The notes: generated by a model not told the origin, from the sequence alone. A stretch of DNA of 64,000 bases from Magnetococcus sp. DMHC-6 (GCA_039908535.1 JAMOAW010000002.1:25462-89461); one strand, 5' to 3'. Counted from the first letter of the stretch, positions 9,874 through 19,601 are shown. Made by a program: numbers and translations.

Positions 9874-10341
9874 ATGGCGCGCACCCAAGAGGGTTCCGTC
9901 ACGGCCCGCTTTTATCAACTGGGCCTTTCTACTTTAGAGTATACCTTACCGCGTTTGCTGGCAAAGATCTGGGAGGCTGGCCGTAAAAGTTGTCTGGTGG
10001 CCAGCTCCCAACAGCAGGCTCTGTGGTTGGATGAATTATTGTGGCGTGAGCCAAAAGAGGGATTTCTGCCCCATGGTCGTTGTGACCGTCCCAATCCTGA
10101 ATTGCAACCAGTATTGATCTGCTTACAAGCAGAGGATATCAATGGTGCCAGCGTGGTGCTGGATCTGGGCGACCGAGTGCTCGAAAATCCCGCCCGTTTT
10201 GATATGGTGATCGATTTTGTCGTGGGTAGCGATCCACAATCCGTCGCCGCCAGTCGTCTGCGCTATCGCGCCTATCGACAGTTACAATGCCAAATGGAAT
10301 ACTGGGTTCAAGGAGAAGGGGGAAAGTGGGAAAAACGCTAG
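9874..10341 (+). CDS. holC: DNA polymerase III chi subunit
   Basis: 155 aa. ARFYQL...LPRLLAKIWEAGRKSCLVASS...LDELLW is typical of HolC. It starts 1 nt after the pepA stop (conserved pepA-holC pair). Confidence 0.85.
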   Translation: MARTQEGSVTARFYQLGLSTLEYTLPRLLAKIWEAGRKSCLVASSQQQALWLDELLWREPKEGFLPHGRCDRPNPELQPVLICLQAEDINGASVVLDLGDRVLENPARFDMVIDFVVGSDPQSVAASRLRYRAYRQLQCQMEYWVQGEGGKWEKR

Positions 10342-10351
10342 AAAGTTGTAA

Positions 10352-10499
10352 AAACGAGACCCTTTGGGCAAAAATTCAAAACCCTGATGGATGAATCCAC
10401 CCCATCCCCTCTTTTTTTTAACTTAACCATCAAAAGAAAAAAGGGGGGTGGAGGATTGGGGGGGGGGGGGGGGCAGTTCTCCGTCCTCCAAGGTTTTAC
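10352..10499 (+). repeat. REP/MITE family 2 copy R1 (degenerate), contains a G16 homopolymer at 10458-10473
   Basis: Aligns by eye with 13018.., 19602.., 35128... It lies between the convergent holC and PilZ genes. Confidence 0.7.
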
Positions 10500-10501
10500 A
10501 T

Positions 10502-10813
10502 TTAATATAAGGTATGATTAAAAAGAGAGAGTCCAACGCGAAAGTCGTTTTTATACTCCTCGCAGTAGGCAACCAGTCCTGAAAACAAGCCTTGCCCGAA
10601 CTCGCCAGTGAGTTGTAAACTCACCATTGTCCCTGGGGAGATCGGATAGGCAGAAAGAAGACCAAAGCCTTTAATGCTGATATCCACTAAACGGACCGCT
10701 AGACGATTCTCATCAATAATCAACACTCCTTCGGTGCGGTGGGGTCGACGGGGATAACGACGATTTTCCCGATCCGATGATCCCTCTTTTTTTTCCACTT
10801 GTTCCGTATCCAT
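10502..10813 (-). CDS. PilZ-domain protein (c-di-GMP receptor type)
   Basis: RRYPRRPHR ... DISIKGFGL matches the RxxxR / (D/N)xSxxG PilZ motifs. 103 aa. Confidence 0.75.
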   Translation of the reverse strand: MDTEQVEKKEGSSDRENRRYPRRPHRTEGVLIIDENRLAVRLVDISIKGFGLLSAYPISPGTMVSLQLTGEFGQGLFSGLVAYCEEYKNDFRVGLSLFNHTLY

Positions 10814-10924
10814 GGCACCTGTTAGAAAGATGAAAGATCCCTATATAAAATTATCATAATCTCATTTATTTTATTAATATATTAAGGTATTCCTCGTCCT
10901 AAGTAAAGTATATTTATCAATTTA

Positions 10925-11407
10925 TTAACTATTTTTTTGTATGAGGACCACGGCCATAGCGGCGACCCCTTCGTTGCGACCGGTAAAACCGAGTTTTTCG
11001 GTAGTGGTGGCTTTGATGTTGATCTGGTTGGGTTCGACTTGCAAAATAGCGGCCATGTTGGCGACTATAACGGACATAAAGGGGGCCAGTTTCGGTTTTT
11101 CGCAGATGATGGTAGCGTCTAAGTTAACCAGACTGAAGTTAAGATTTGTCAAAATTTGATAAATTTGTTTTAATAGTTTGCCGCTGTCGGCTCCCGCCAA
11201 TGCGGGGTCGGAGTCAGGAAAATGTTGCCCGATATCCCCCAGGGCGGCGGCTCCCAGCAGGGCATCCATAATGGCATGGAGCAGAACATCGGCATCGGAA
11301 TGACCTAGTAGCCCTTGGGGATGGGGGATGTGCACACCTCCCAGGATAAGAGGACGATAAGTACACCAGGGGTGCACATCAAAACCTTGGCCAATGCGTA
11401 AGTTCAT
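10925..11407 (-). CDS. ispF: 2-C-methyl-D-erythritol 2,4-cyclodiphosphate synthase
   Basis: RIGQGFDVH...GHSDADVLLHAIMDALLGA. 160 aa. 4-nt overlap with ispD. Confidence 0.93.
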   Translation of the reverse strand: MNLRIGQGFDVHPWCTYRPLILGGVHIPHPQGLLGHSDADVLLHAIMDALLGAAALGDIGQHFPDSDPALAGADSGKLLKQIYQILTNLNFSLVNLDATIICEKPKLAPFMSVIVANMAAILQVEPNQINIKATTTEKLGFTGRNEGVAAMAVVLIQKNS

Positions 11408-12123
11408 GGTATCTCCTGTTGCAAAAGGGCTTGAACCAGGGAAAAATCCGCTGGTTGGGTGACTTTAATGGTACGTTGATCCCCCTGGATAACCAAGACG
11501 GGAATGCCCATGCGCTCCATGAGGGCGGCATCATCGGTGGCTAGGGGACCTGTTTGATGATGAGCTTGATAAAGGGTTTCAAAATGAAACAGTTGCGGGG
11601 TTTGCGCCAGCCATAGGGTATTGCGATCCAATGTCTCTTGGATCACCCTGTTGGGATCGACCCGTTTAATGGTATCTTGAGCTGGTATGGCGGCGATCAA
11701 TGCCATACCCAACATGCGGGCGGCAAACAGGCGGTCTAGGGTGGCCTGAGTGAGTAGGGGACGGACGCCATCGTGAATACCCACCCACTCCCAATGGTGC
11801 CCCTTGAGGAGCTCCAGTCCGAGTCGCACCGACTCTTGCCGTTCTTTCCCACCGAGTACGGGGGGAGCGATTTTGGGCAGGTGGTGTAGGTGAGGGGTCA
11901 TAAGCTCCTCCCACATGTTTAAACCGTTGGCGGGAATGACCGGTATAATGGTTGGTATCAATGGATGTTGATGCAGACGGGTCAGGGTATGGAGCAATAG
12001 GGGTTGCCCTAAAAGGGGGGTATATTGTTTGGGCAGTCGGCTACCAAAACGTAGCCCTTGGCCAGCGGCTACGACAAGGAAAGGGCAAGGATCGGTGAGG
12101 GCATTTTTATTTGTTGCTTCCAT
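11404..12123 (-). CDS. ispD: 2-C-methyl-D-erythritol 4-phosphate cytidylyltransferase
   Basis: VVAAGQGLRFGSRLPKQY N-terminal motif. 239 aa. Forms an operon with ispF. Confidence 0.88.
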   Translation of the reverse strand: MEATNKNALTDPCPFLVVAAGQGLRFGSRLPKQYTPLLGQPLLLHTLTRLHQHPLIPTIIPVIPANGLNMWEELMTPHLHHLPKIAPPVLGGKERQESVRLGLELLKGHHWEWVGIHDGVRPLLTQATLDRLFAARMLGMALIAAIPAQDTIKRVDPNRVIQETLDRNTLWLAQTPQLFHFETLYQAHHQTGPLATDDAALMERMGIPVLVIQGDQRTIKVTQPADFSLVQALLQQEIP

Positions 12124-12195
12124 AGGATTAAAGATGTAGAAAAAACAGAGGCGTTTGTCAATGGATGATTTTGGTCAAAGGAGTTAAATTTTAGA

Positions 12196-13011
12196 ATGAT
12201 CGCATTCTTATTTTGGTTGGCCGTGTTGGTTTACGGTGTCAGTGCGGGAGTGGTGATCCATAATTATTTGCGTGTCCAAAAGCAACCCTCGGTGCTGGCG
12301 TGGTGGCTTGTTGTTCTTGGTTGTGTGCTTCTGGGAGGAATTTTTGCGCACCGTGTTTTGGCCGCTGGGGGGATGTTAATCATGGATTTAGCCACTTCTT
12401 TGGAGTTGGTGGCATTAGTGGTGGGTATTCTTTATGTGATTGGCTGGCGATTGCGTCGGGTCGAGACCCGCTCCATGGGGGTGTTGATCTTACCACTAAT
12501 TTTTATATTATTAGTTGTTTCAAAGTTATTCCCGGCTGGTGGCGAGGATTTGCGTTATCTTTATGACCCTCTGTTGGTCACCCATTTGGTATTGTCTTTG
12601 TTGGCCTACGGTCTATTTAGCATGGCCTTTGTGTTGGCTTTGTTGAGTTCTTTTCAAGAGCGTGCTTTGCGCGCCAAACGTTTTGACAAATTTTTCGACA
12701 TCATGCCCCCCTTGGACTCTATTGAGGAGATATTATTTTTTTGTGTAGGTTGGGGATTTATTTTATTGACATTAAGTATTATCTCTGGAGCCTTTTTTTC
12801 CAAACAACAATCTGGCTTTTATTTCCAATTCTCCCATAAGGTGGTCTTCTCTTGGGTGACTTGGCTGTTATTTGGCACGTTGCTTTTAGGCCGTAAGCTC
12901 TATGGCTGGCGGGGGCGAAAGGCGGTGCGTTTGACCGGATTTGGTTATCTTTGCATTGTGCTGGCCTATTTTGGAGTTAAATTTGTAACCGAGGTGTTTT
13001 TGAGCAAATAG
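12196..13011 (+). CDS. Cytochrome c assembly family inner-membrane protein (YpjD/CcsA-like)
   Basis: 271-aa polytopic ORF with a C-terminal ...LLLGRKLYGWRGRKAVRLT.. pattern, as I recall for YpjD-type proteins. Confidence 0.55.
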   Translation: MIAFLFWLAVLVYGVSAGVVIHNYLRVQKQPSVLAWWLVVLGCVLLGGIFAHRVLAAGGMLIMDLATSLELVALVVGILYVIGWRLRRVETRSMGVLILPLIFILLVVSKLFPAGGEDLRYLYDPLLVTHLVLSLLAYGLFSMAFVLALLSSFQERALRAKRFDKFFDIMPPLDSIEEILFFCVGWGFILLTLSIISGAFFSKQQSGFYFQFSHKVVFSWVTWLLFGTLLLGRKLYGWRGRKAVRLTGFGYLCIVLAYFGVKFVTEVFLSK

Positions 13012-13017
13012 ACAAAA

Positions 13018-13150
13018 GAACATGATGCCCTGTGGACAAAAAATTAAAATCAAAACCCTGGGGGCAATCCCCCAGACCCCTTTTTTCTTTTAATAAAAAA
13101 AAAGGGTGGGGGTGTTGGGGGCGGTTCTCCGCCCCCAAGGTCTTGAATGC
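13018..13150 (+). repeat. REP/MITE family 2 copy R2
   Basis: GAACATGATGCCCTGTGGAC...CCCTGGGGGCAATCCCCCAGACCCC...GGGGGCGGTTCTCCGCCCCCAAGGTCTTGA, between convergent genes. Confidence 0.85.
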
Positions 13151-13184
13151 CCTTTGTTCGATTCACGCTAAACCAAGCACAGAC

Positions 13185-14051
13185 TCAATATTCAACACGA
13201 CCTATTTTTATGGAACCTACACCTGAGTGATTTGCTATGACAACGTGTTGTGCATCATAAATTTTAATATTACCTGTTCCCTCTGAGCGAATCGTTGCAT
13301 CGACTGAGGTGCCATCAATCATAATATTTCCAGTTCCTTGGAGATCAATCGATAACTTATGAATCTCTCCATGCTCAACTTTTATATCACCTGTTCCATT
13401 AGAAACAATTTTTAGGTCTCCAGTGATGTGACCTATTTGAAGATTGCCTGTTCCTTGCAAGGTAATCTCTCCATCATGCAAGGCTGTAATCTCTACATCT
13501 CCATATCCAAGCATCTCCAGCTTAAAAGGGGCATCTGTCTTATTTATAGCAATTTTGGCACCAAAACTTTTAATGTTGAGTGGGAGTGAACGAGGGGCTA
13601 AAATATGAATTTTAGGAGAGTTTGCTGTAGAATTTTGATCACCAGGAAGGTTAATAGTGCCTATGGATACATTTCCACCACGAACGACAACATTTCCATT
13701 AATCTGCACATTTGAGGAAGTTATTATAGAAGAATTGGAAGATTTACCCATCTCCTTGAGTGTGACTTGCCCGCCTTCAGTATGTGTATGAATAGCGTTA
13801 ATGGCGTTTGTATCCCCTAAAAATTGGAAACGAATATCTTCACGTTGCTCTGTATCTATTTGAATTTGTGCAGATTCAGCCTGAATTTCGAGTTTATTTC
13901 CATTTAGAGTAATATTTTTTTCATCCGCAAAGAGTGGATTATGTAAGAGTGAAAAAAATGTGATAACATTTAATAAAATAAACTTACTTCGTGCAGATAA
14001 ATAAGTCATTAAAAAAAAATTTTTTTGACTTTTTTTGTTAATTTTTTCCAT
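13185..14051 (-). CDS. Secreted DUF2807/GIN-domain beta-helix protein
   Basis: Repeated LQGTGNLQI / SNGTGDIKV / LQGTGNIMI / SEGTGNIKI / HSGVGSIKI rungs. Hydrophobic N-terminus (alternative start ATG 14009). Confidence 0.65.
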   Translation of the reverse strand: MEKINKKSQKNFFLMTYLSARSKFILLNVITFFSLLHNPLFADEKNITLNGNKLEIQAESAQIQIDTEQREDIRFQFLGDTNAINAIHTHTEGGQVTLKEMGKSSNSSIITSSNVQINGNVVVRGGNVSIGTINLPGDQNSTANSPKIHILAPRSLPLNIKSFGAKIAINKTDAPFKLEMLGYGDVEITALHDGEITLQGTGNLQIGHITGDLKIVSNGTGDIKVEHGEIHKLSIDLQGTGNIMIDGTSVDATIRSEGTGNIKIYDAQHVVIANHSGVGSIKIGRVEY

Positions 14052-14103
14052 TTTTTATCTCTATATTTTAATTTTGATTAAATTTGAATAAAACAAAATT
14101 TTT

Positions 14104-14706
14104 CTATTTTACTGATTTATCTGATCCAATTAAGGGAAGATTCGTCTCTTTCAAAACAATTCCTGGTGCAACATGAGATGGGTTAGCAATGTGGGGCACA
14201 GGGGATATTAAAGGTTGCATCATGTATTTTTCACTATTTTCCTTTTTTAACAAATCTTGCATATCTTGTCCAACGATAGCATAAAAATTTTCCATTTCAG
14301 TAAGGATTTCTTTGTCAAAAAATGTTTTTTTGGCCTTTTCAAGCAATTCACCCATAGCATCATAAGCGGCGCGTGCTGCTCGAATATTATTGCGTTTGCG
14401 AGATATGGTGACCAGACCAGATTGCGCTTTGAGTTGATAGGCTAAATCAGCCGTATAAAGAATTTGGTTATAGATCTTTTCTGCATCATCCAGTTGGTTT
14501 TCACGTTCCATAAAATGGCCTAGTTGTAACAGTGTCATACTGTTTTTCGGACAATGATGCATAATTCTATTAAGAAGTTCACGATTTTTAGTGACGCTTA
14601 AGTTTTGTACATCAGGAACTTGAAAACAAGGATCAAAAGCAAAAGCCGTATTCACAATAAAGAACAGAAGGATGCTATTAGCAAATCCACATAATTTCAA
14701 AAACAT
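14104..14706 (-). CDS. Secreted TPR-like protein (paralogue of 14802..15410)
   Basis: Signal peptide ending AFAFDPC. Shared blocks with its neighbour: HHCPKN..LLQLG...E.Q.DDAEKIYN....DL.Y.L.AQ.GL..I.R...IR.A. 200 aa. Confidence 0.6.
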   Translation of the reverse strand: MFLKLCGFANSILLFFIVNTAFAFDPCFQVPDVQNLSVTKNRELLNRIMHHCPKNSMTLLQLGHFMERENQLDDAEKIYNQILYTADLAYQLKAQSGLVTISRKRNNIRAARAAYDAMGELLEKAKKTFFDKEILTEMENFYAIVGQDMQDLLKKENSEKYMMQPLISPVPHIANPSHVAPGIVLKETNLPLIGSDKSVK

Positions 14707-14801
14707 GCTCTATCTTTCGTTATATTTATAATTTCGCATAGGGTCAGCGATTTATAAAGCAAATAAAATGAGGATTTGATTTGTAACAAGACTATAATAT
14801 A

Positions 14802-15410
14802 TTACTTAAAATTAACACCTCCAAAACCAACATCTGACTTATCATCAACTGCAACAGTTCCGATATCAGTTTTATCAGAATATTTATTACTAAATCCACG
14901 TGTATTATTATATGGTTGCAATGTATTTACAGTTCCACGATTTTGTTTCATTCTATCCAAAATATTATGTCTTAATTTTGTATATGTATTCTCAGCTTTA
15001 TTAAGAGCACTCATATTTGAAAAAGATTTCAAATTTTTGGCTTTTTCAATCATGACACCCAAGGCCTCATTGGCCTCTTGAGCTTTACGAATATCACCGC
15101 TTTGACGCGCTATGGAAGCCAATCCAGTTTGAGCCATGAGGCTGTAGCTTAAATCAGGACCCGTAACAACACGGTTATAGACATTTTCTGCTTCTTCTAA
15201 ATTTCCCTCTTGCTCAAACATAAATCCAATTTGAAGTAAAGCTTCCTGATTTTGTGGACAATTATTAATAATTTTAGAGAGTAGGGAGTGGCTTTGAATA
15301 GGAGTTAAACCTTGCTGATTAAATTGATCGTTACAGGGATCAAATGCTAATGCAGAATTAATCATGCAAAAGAAAATGATAAAGCTCATTATTTTGCAAA
15401 AATTATTCAT
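14802..15410 (-). CDS. Secreted TPR-like protein (paralogue of 14104..14706)
   Basis: Signal peptide ending ALAFDPC. Collinear similarity to the previous ORF. 202 aa. Confidence 0.6.
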   Translation of the reverse strand: MNNFCKIMSFIIFFCMINSALAFDPCNDQFNQQGLTPIQSHSLLSKIINNCPQNQEALLQIGFMFEQEGNLEEAENVYNRVVTGPDLSYSLMAQTGLASIARQSGDIRKAQEANEALGVMIEKAKNLKSFSNMSALNKAENTYTKLRHNILDRMKQNRGTVNTLQPYNNTRGFSNKYSDKTDIGTVAVDDKSDVGFGGVNFK

Positions 15411-15441
15411 TTGATTTGACCCCTTTATGTGTTATTGCCGT

Positions 15442-16155
15442 TTATTTATACACATGAAACTCAATTCGGCGGTTTTTTGGATTTTCGGGGTCTAAACCCG
15501 CAATAGGTTTCGTTTTTCCCATACCAACGGGAACCAAACGCCAATCTTCAATGCCATTACGGACCAGATAATCTTTGACCGACATGGCCCTTTGCCAAGA
15601 CAATTGACGATTCATTTCATCATTCCCAACCGCATCCGTGTGTCCTTCAACAATTAAAGTAGAATTTTTTGCAGCTGGTGATTTGAGTGCTTCTGCCATA
15701 GTGTTCAAATAGTCATAGGTTGCAGACGATAAAGCTGCAGAACCACTTTTAAACTGTATCGGAAAGGAGACTCCCCCAGAAGAACCGCGTTCTGACTTCG
15801 TTTGAGATAATTCAGAGGGCACAGCTTGTTTCGCACTCTCTTTCGCACTCTCTTTCGCACTCTCTTTCGCACTCTCTTTCGCACTCTCTTTCGCAACTTC
15901 ATTCGAGGGAGCAGGGGAGGGGGTGGTTTTAAATTGAATAGATCTTGTTTTACGCTCTTTCTTAGGCTCAGAAGAGGGCTCAGAAGGAGGAGTAGCCGCA
16001 GAATCAAATAAAATATTTACCAATTCAGAAGCCTCTGGTGCTTTTTCATAAACTTTGGCATCACTCACATCACCCCCGATAACTAAATTTGGAGATAATA
16101 TAGAAGCACTCAGAACAATTGCGAATGATAATTTTAAAAAATCTTTTTTTATCAT
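15442..16155 (-). CDS. OmpA/MotB-type peptidoglycan-binding protein with (AKES)n linker
   Basis: C-terminal LIVEGHTDAVGNDEMNRQLSWQRAMSVKDYL...RRIEF (OmpA_C). N-terminal signal peptide. Confidence 0.85.
   Translation of the reverse strand: MIKKDFLKLSFAIVLSASILSPNLVIGGDVSDAKVYEKAPEASELVNILFDSAATPPSEPSSEPKKERKTRSIQFKTTPSPAPSNEVAKESAKESAKESAKESAKESAKQAVPSELSQTKSERGSSGGVSFPIQFKSGSAALSSATYDYLNTMAEALKSPAAKNSTLIVEGHTDAVGNDEMNRQLSWQRAMSVKDYLVRNGIEDWRLVPVGMGKTKPIAGLDPENPKNRRIEFHVYK
15833..15895. repeat. 12-bp in-frame tandem repeat GCACTCTCTTTC x5 (+ partial), encoding (AKES)n in the OmpA-like gene
   Basis: Five perfect units read directly at 15833-15892. Confidence 0.9.
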
Positions 16156-16199
16156 CTTTTCCCTCTTGGTATATTGCTAGCAAAAGCATTAAATTTGAA

Positions 16200-17729
16200 T
16201 TATTTAATGGTCAATTGTAATTTTCCATCAACCACTGGAACATTTAAAGCAGAAAATGAACTGCTTATTTTGTTCATATTATATCCCTGAATGACTTCAA
16301 GATCAGCACCCGATATCACGCTCGGCAATTTGTTCGTCACATCTGTTGTTGCAGCAAAACATTGAATCGTTTCTACCGAGTTTGGATAATCAAAAACAAT
16401 ACTAAATGGCATATTACCATCTGGAAGTTCAATTCCGCCCTGCTTAAGAAGAGCATTTTGGTTAAATCGATTAGGAAAAATTTTAATGACAGAATGATTC
16501 CCTTGCTCCCAAAAGCAATAGGTATATGCATTCTCCGTTAGGTTTAGAGAGATGATCATACTCTCGCCCACTTTATATTCTTTTTTGGGTGAAGATAATA
16601 AAATTTGTAAATTTGTACTTGTTGCTTGATTGCCTCCTCTGGCTTCAATTTCACGGACAATTTTAATGTGTTTAGCAATATTGTCCGCAATAGGTATGTT
16701 TAAATATGCCTGAAGCCAAATATTCGACGGAACATTATCCAATGAATTGGCTGTGTAGTGTATATTTTGTTTCTTGAAAATCACATTAACAGCATCTATA
16801 GCCTTAGAAGAATTTCGTGGATATTCGTCTTGAAAATATCCATATGCACCCAATATTAAGTCACCGATAGCCGCCGATCCATCCTCATTGATACTGTCTT
16901 CAATTTGACGAACCAACCTTTTATCAGGTTCAGATCCTGGTATAAGACGCCAATAGGGTACAGCAAACTGTCGTCCTAATAGTTGTACAACACTTACTTC
17001 TACAAGTTGTCGGATGGCCGCATGTACACCTTGTGACTTACTGGCACTGCCAGACATTCCAATCCCAGATCCAAAAATAGAAAATGACCAACCGGATGAT
17101 TTACTCTCTTTTTTAATATTAATCGTATTGGAGGTAAGGGCTCCAAGGGAGGTTTGGGAAACATAGTCCAACATGCTAAAATCAATGGTCATACGTGATT
17201 CATTAAAATCGTTATCATTAGACGTCCCTGCATCTACAGAAGAATTCCCAATAGGTATAGAAATATCCATATCTTTTGAGGTGCCTTTTGTAGAAACATC
17301 TTTATCAAATTCAGTAATTGCACCACTAATAACAAAATTGGGGATTTTGGTAAGCCGAATGCCTTGGCGAATGTTGATTTCATTGCTCATATATTGAGGA
17401 TCGTAAGGAACATTGACAATAGGCATCCCAATCTTATTGACTGCCGTCGTAACCATGCGCGTAATATCACTAGGCAATCCAGCACCGGCCGTATCATTGT
17501 TAATGGGTTTTATCTGAAAGTACATGGGATTAGATGATGAGCGTCCTGTGTACGTCCGCAAAAGTTTACCAAAATTGTATATTACTTCATCGTAATCTGT
17601 TTGACGGGTTGTTACGGCTTCCGTTTCTTTCATTTCAATCACTGGCGCATCTGTGGCACAACCCGTTAATCCCAGCGGATAGACTCCTAAAATGGCAACC
17701 AGATGAAATAATCTCCAATTTTTTTTCAT
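16200..17729 (-). CDS. Outer-membrane lipoprotein, CsgG/HfaB-like N-terminal domain fused to C-terminal DUF4384
   Basis: Lipobox LGLTGC. IKPINNDTAGAGLPSDITRMVTTAVNKIG and FVISGAITEFDKD resemble CsgG-family blocks. The C-terminal KVGESMIISLNL..AYTYCFWEQGNHSVIKIFPNRFN fits the DUF4384 pattern. Confidence 0.6.
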   Translation of the reverse strand: MKKNWRLFHLVAILGVYPLGLTGCATDAPVIEMKETEAVTTRQTDYDEVIYNFGKLLRTYTGRSSSNPMYFQIKPINNDTAGAGLPSDITRMVTTAVNKIGMPIVNVPYDPQYMSNEINIRQGIRLTKIPNFVISGAITEFDKDVSTKGTSKDMDISIPIGNSSVDAGTSNDNDFNESRMTIDFSMLDYVSQTSLGALTSNTINIKKESKSSGWSFSIFGSGIGMSGSASKSQGVHAAIRQLVEVSVVQLLGRQFAVPYWRLIPGSEPDKRLVRQIEDSINEDGSAAIGDLILGAYGYFQDEYPRNSSKAIDAVNVIFKKQNIHYTANSLDNVPSNIWLQAYLNIPIADNIAKHIKIVREIEARGGNQATSTNLQILLSSPKKEYKVGESMIISLNLTENAYTYCFWEQGNHSVIKIFPNRFNQNALLKQGGIELPDGNMPFSIVFDYPNSVETIQCFAATTDVTNKLPSVISGADLEVIQGYNMNKISSSFSALNVPVVDGKLQLTIK

Positions 17730-18151
17730 TTTACTTCGATTCCTTGCGTATGAACGGTCGTATTGATCTTTTTATTACGAATGTTGGTCCCTTTAAGAAC
17801 ATCCACCTGTCCTACATTAACATCAGGGTCTTCACCAGCAAGTTTGTTTATTTTTATTTCTTTATTGGTATCTACATAGTTGACAATTTTCTTTTTATTG
17901 TTATTATTATCAATTGTTTGGTTGCAAAGATTGTATGTCTTACCACCTGCCTGTTTTGTTTGACGTATTTGCTCATTTATTTCTTTGTCATCGCAGTACT
18001 GATAGGATGTATCCCCATAAGCACCCGAATTTTTTTGCATCTCTTCGCGTTGCTTAATCAAATTACCTTGTAATGAGCCAGCCAAGAGAGATCCAGACGT
18101 AAGCACGATGACACTCAATATTGTAGCAAATTGAACAAAAATTTTTTGCAT
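17726..18151 (-). CDS. Small secreted protein, translationally coupled to the CsgG-like gene
   Basis: 141 aa with a signal peptide (..LLAGSLQG). Its stop overlaps the downstream ATG (ATGA at 17726-17729). The C-terminal VNVGQVDVLKGTNIRNKKINTTV resembles the repeat of the four small paralogues. Confidence 0.6.
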   Translation of the reverse strand: MQKIFVQFATILSVIVLTSGSLLAGSLQGNLIKQREEMQKNSGAYGDTSYQYCDDKEINEQIRQTKQAGGKTYNLCNQTIDNNNNKKKIVNYVDTNKEIKINKLAGEDPDVNVGQVDVLKGTNIRNKKINTTVHTQGIEVK

Positions 18152-18229
18152 TTAGGTATCCCCATACACGCCAGAAAGTAACTTTTGAGATTTATATCCC
18201 AATAGTTAAACATAATATCACATGTAAGA

Positions 18230-18544
18230 TTAGTGAATCTTTACGCTACCAACATTCACTTGAGATTTACCAGAACTCGTGATATCGCCTGTCTCAGATT
18301 CTGTTTTAATCTCACTGTTTTGCATCTTTGTTCCTCGACCAATATCGACACTGGATGCATTAACCGTTGAAGTGTCAGAAGCTTTAATATTGCCGGTTTT
18401 CGCACTTGTCTCGATTCTGCTGTTCTGAATTGTCGTACCTGGACCAGAATTACTCTCTTCGCTTAACGATGTAAGACTTCCAGCACATAAAGGATTCATG
18501 ACAGCAAAAACAGCTACCAATGTAATGGCAGATACCAATTTCAT
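18230..18544 (-). CDS. Small secreted two-repeat protein, paralogue 1
   Basis: Signal peptide, then two ~33-aa repeats TTIQNSRIETSAKTGNIKASDTSTVNASSVDIGRG / TKMQNSEIKTESETGDITSSGKSQVNVGSVKIH. Confidence 0.7.
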   Translation of the reverse strand: MKLVSAITLVAVFAVMNPLCAGSLTSLSEESNSGPGTTIQNSRIETSAKTGNIKASDTSTVNASSVDIGRGTKMQNSEIKTESETGDITSSGKSQVNVGSVKIH

Positions 18545-18663
18545 GTGAAAACTCCTTATTCTGTTTGGAGGATGAATAGTAGAATATATATTAAATAAAA
18601 ATCATGTATAAAATATACAATCTTTACGCCAATAAATTGGCGTAAAGATTGTTCATTGATTGA

Positions 18664-18972
18664 TTATTGAATCTTGACACCACCCGCATTGACTTCTGAC
18701 TTATCAGAAGCTTTGATATTGCCAGTATCTGAACTGGCTTTGATTTCAGAGTTTTGAATCGTGGTGCCACGTCCAATCTCAACAGTGGCTGCTCCGACTT
18801 TGGATTCGTCTGAAGCTTCAATGTTGCCAGTTTTGGCATCGGTAGTAATTTTGGTATTCTGAATCGTGGTCTCTTTGCCACCACTACTAATGGCCGTTAT
18901 GCTGTCCGCAGAGGCAGAACCAATGACAACAAAAAGAGATGTAACAAAAGCAATGGCTGATAACGTTTTCAT
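18664..18972 (-). CDS. Small secreted two-repeat protein, paralogue 2
   Basis: MKTLSAIAF... start (ATG 18972). Repeats TTIQNTKITTDAKTGNIEASDESKVGAATVEIGRG / TTIQNSEIKASSDTGNIKASDKSEVNAGGVKIQ. Near-identical at DNA level to paralogue 3. Confidence 0.7.
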   Translation of the reverse strand: MKTLSAIAFVTSLFVVIGSASADSITAISSGGKETTIQNTKITTDAKTGNIEASDESKVGAATVEIGRGTTIQNSEIKASSDTGNIKASDKSEVNAGGVKIQ

Positions 18973-19113
18973 TTCGTTGCGTACTCCCCACAAAGATAGA
19001 TAATTTGTTGCTTCAACATTTACTACATGACAAAAAAATATTCATTCATCTAATTCAAATAAAGATTATATTTCATACACTGAAAGTCAGCGTATGAAAT
19101 ATATTATATTTGA

Positions 19114-19425
19114 TTATTGAATTTTGACACTACCAGCATCAACTTCTGACTTATCAGAAGCATTGATATTTCCGGTATCTGATTTGGCCTTTATTTCAGA
19201 ATTTTGAATTGTCGTGCCACGTCCAATCTCAACAGTGGCTGCTCCGACTTTGGATTCGTCCGAAGCTTCAATATTTCCAGTTTTGGCATCGGTAGTAATT
19301 TTGGTATTCTGAATCGTGGTCTCTTTGCCGCCACCACTACTAATTGCAGTTATGCTGTCTGCAGAAGCAGAGCCGATGACAACAAAAAAAGATGCTGCAA
19401 AAGCAATTATTGGAAACTTTCTCAT
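19114..19425 (-). CDS. Small secreted two-repeat protein, paralogue 3
   Basis: 103 aa with the same architecture. Long stretches are identical to 18664..18972. Confidence 0.7.
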   Translation of the reverse strand: MRKFPIIAFAASFFVVIGSASADSITAISSGGGKETTIQNTKITTDAKTGNIEASDESKVGAATVEIGRGTTIQNSEIKAKSDTGNINASDKSEVDAGSVKIQ

Positions 19426-19601
19426 TTTGTTTTGTACTCCTTTGAAGAAGGAAAGGAACGATAGTTTGTAAATATAATTATATTACATCATAAGTATAGC
19501 ATACATTGTGTTGCGATGTCAAGATCGTTTTTAATTTGATTAATATATTTAATTATATATTTAATTTTTTTAAAATAATTATATTAATATAAAATATAAT
19601 C

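Noticed and set aside
17534-18073. 179-aa plus-strand ORF
   Set aside because: It is antisense to two well-supported minus-strand genes in an AT-rich region. It is Phe/Ile/Leu-rich as expected from AT-rich antisense.
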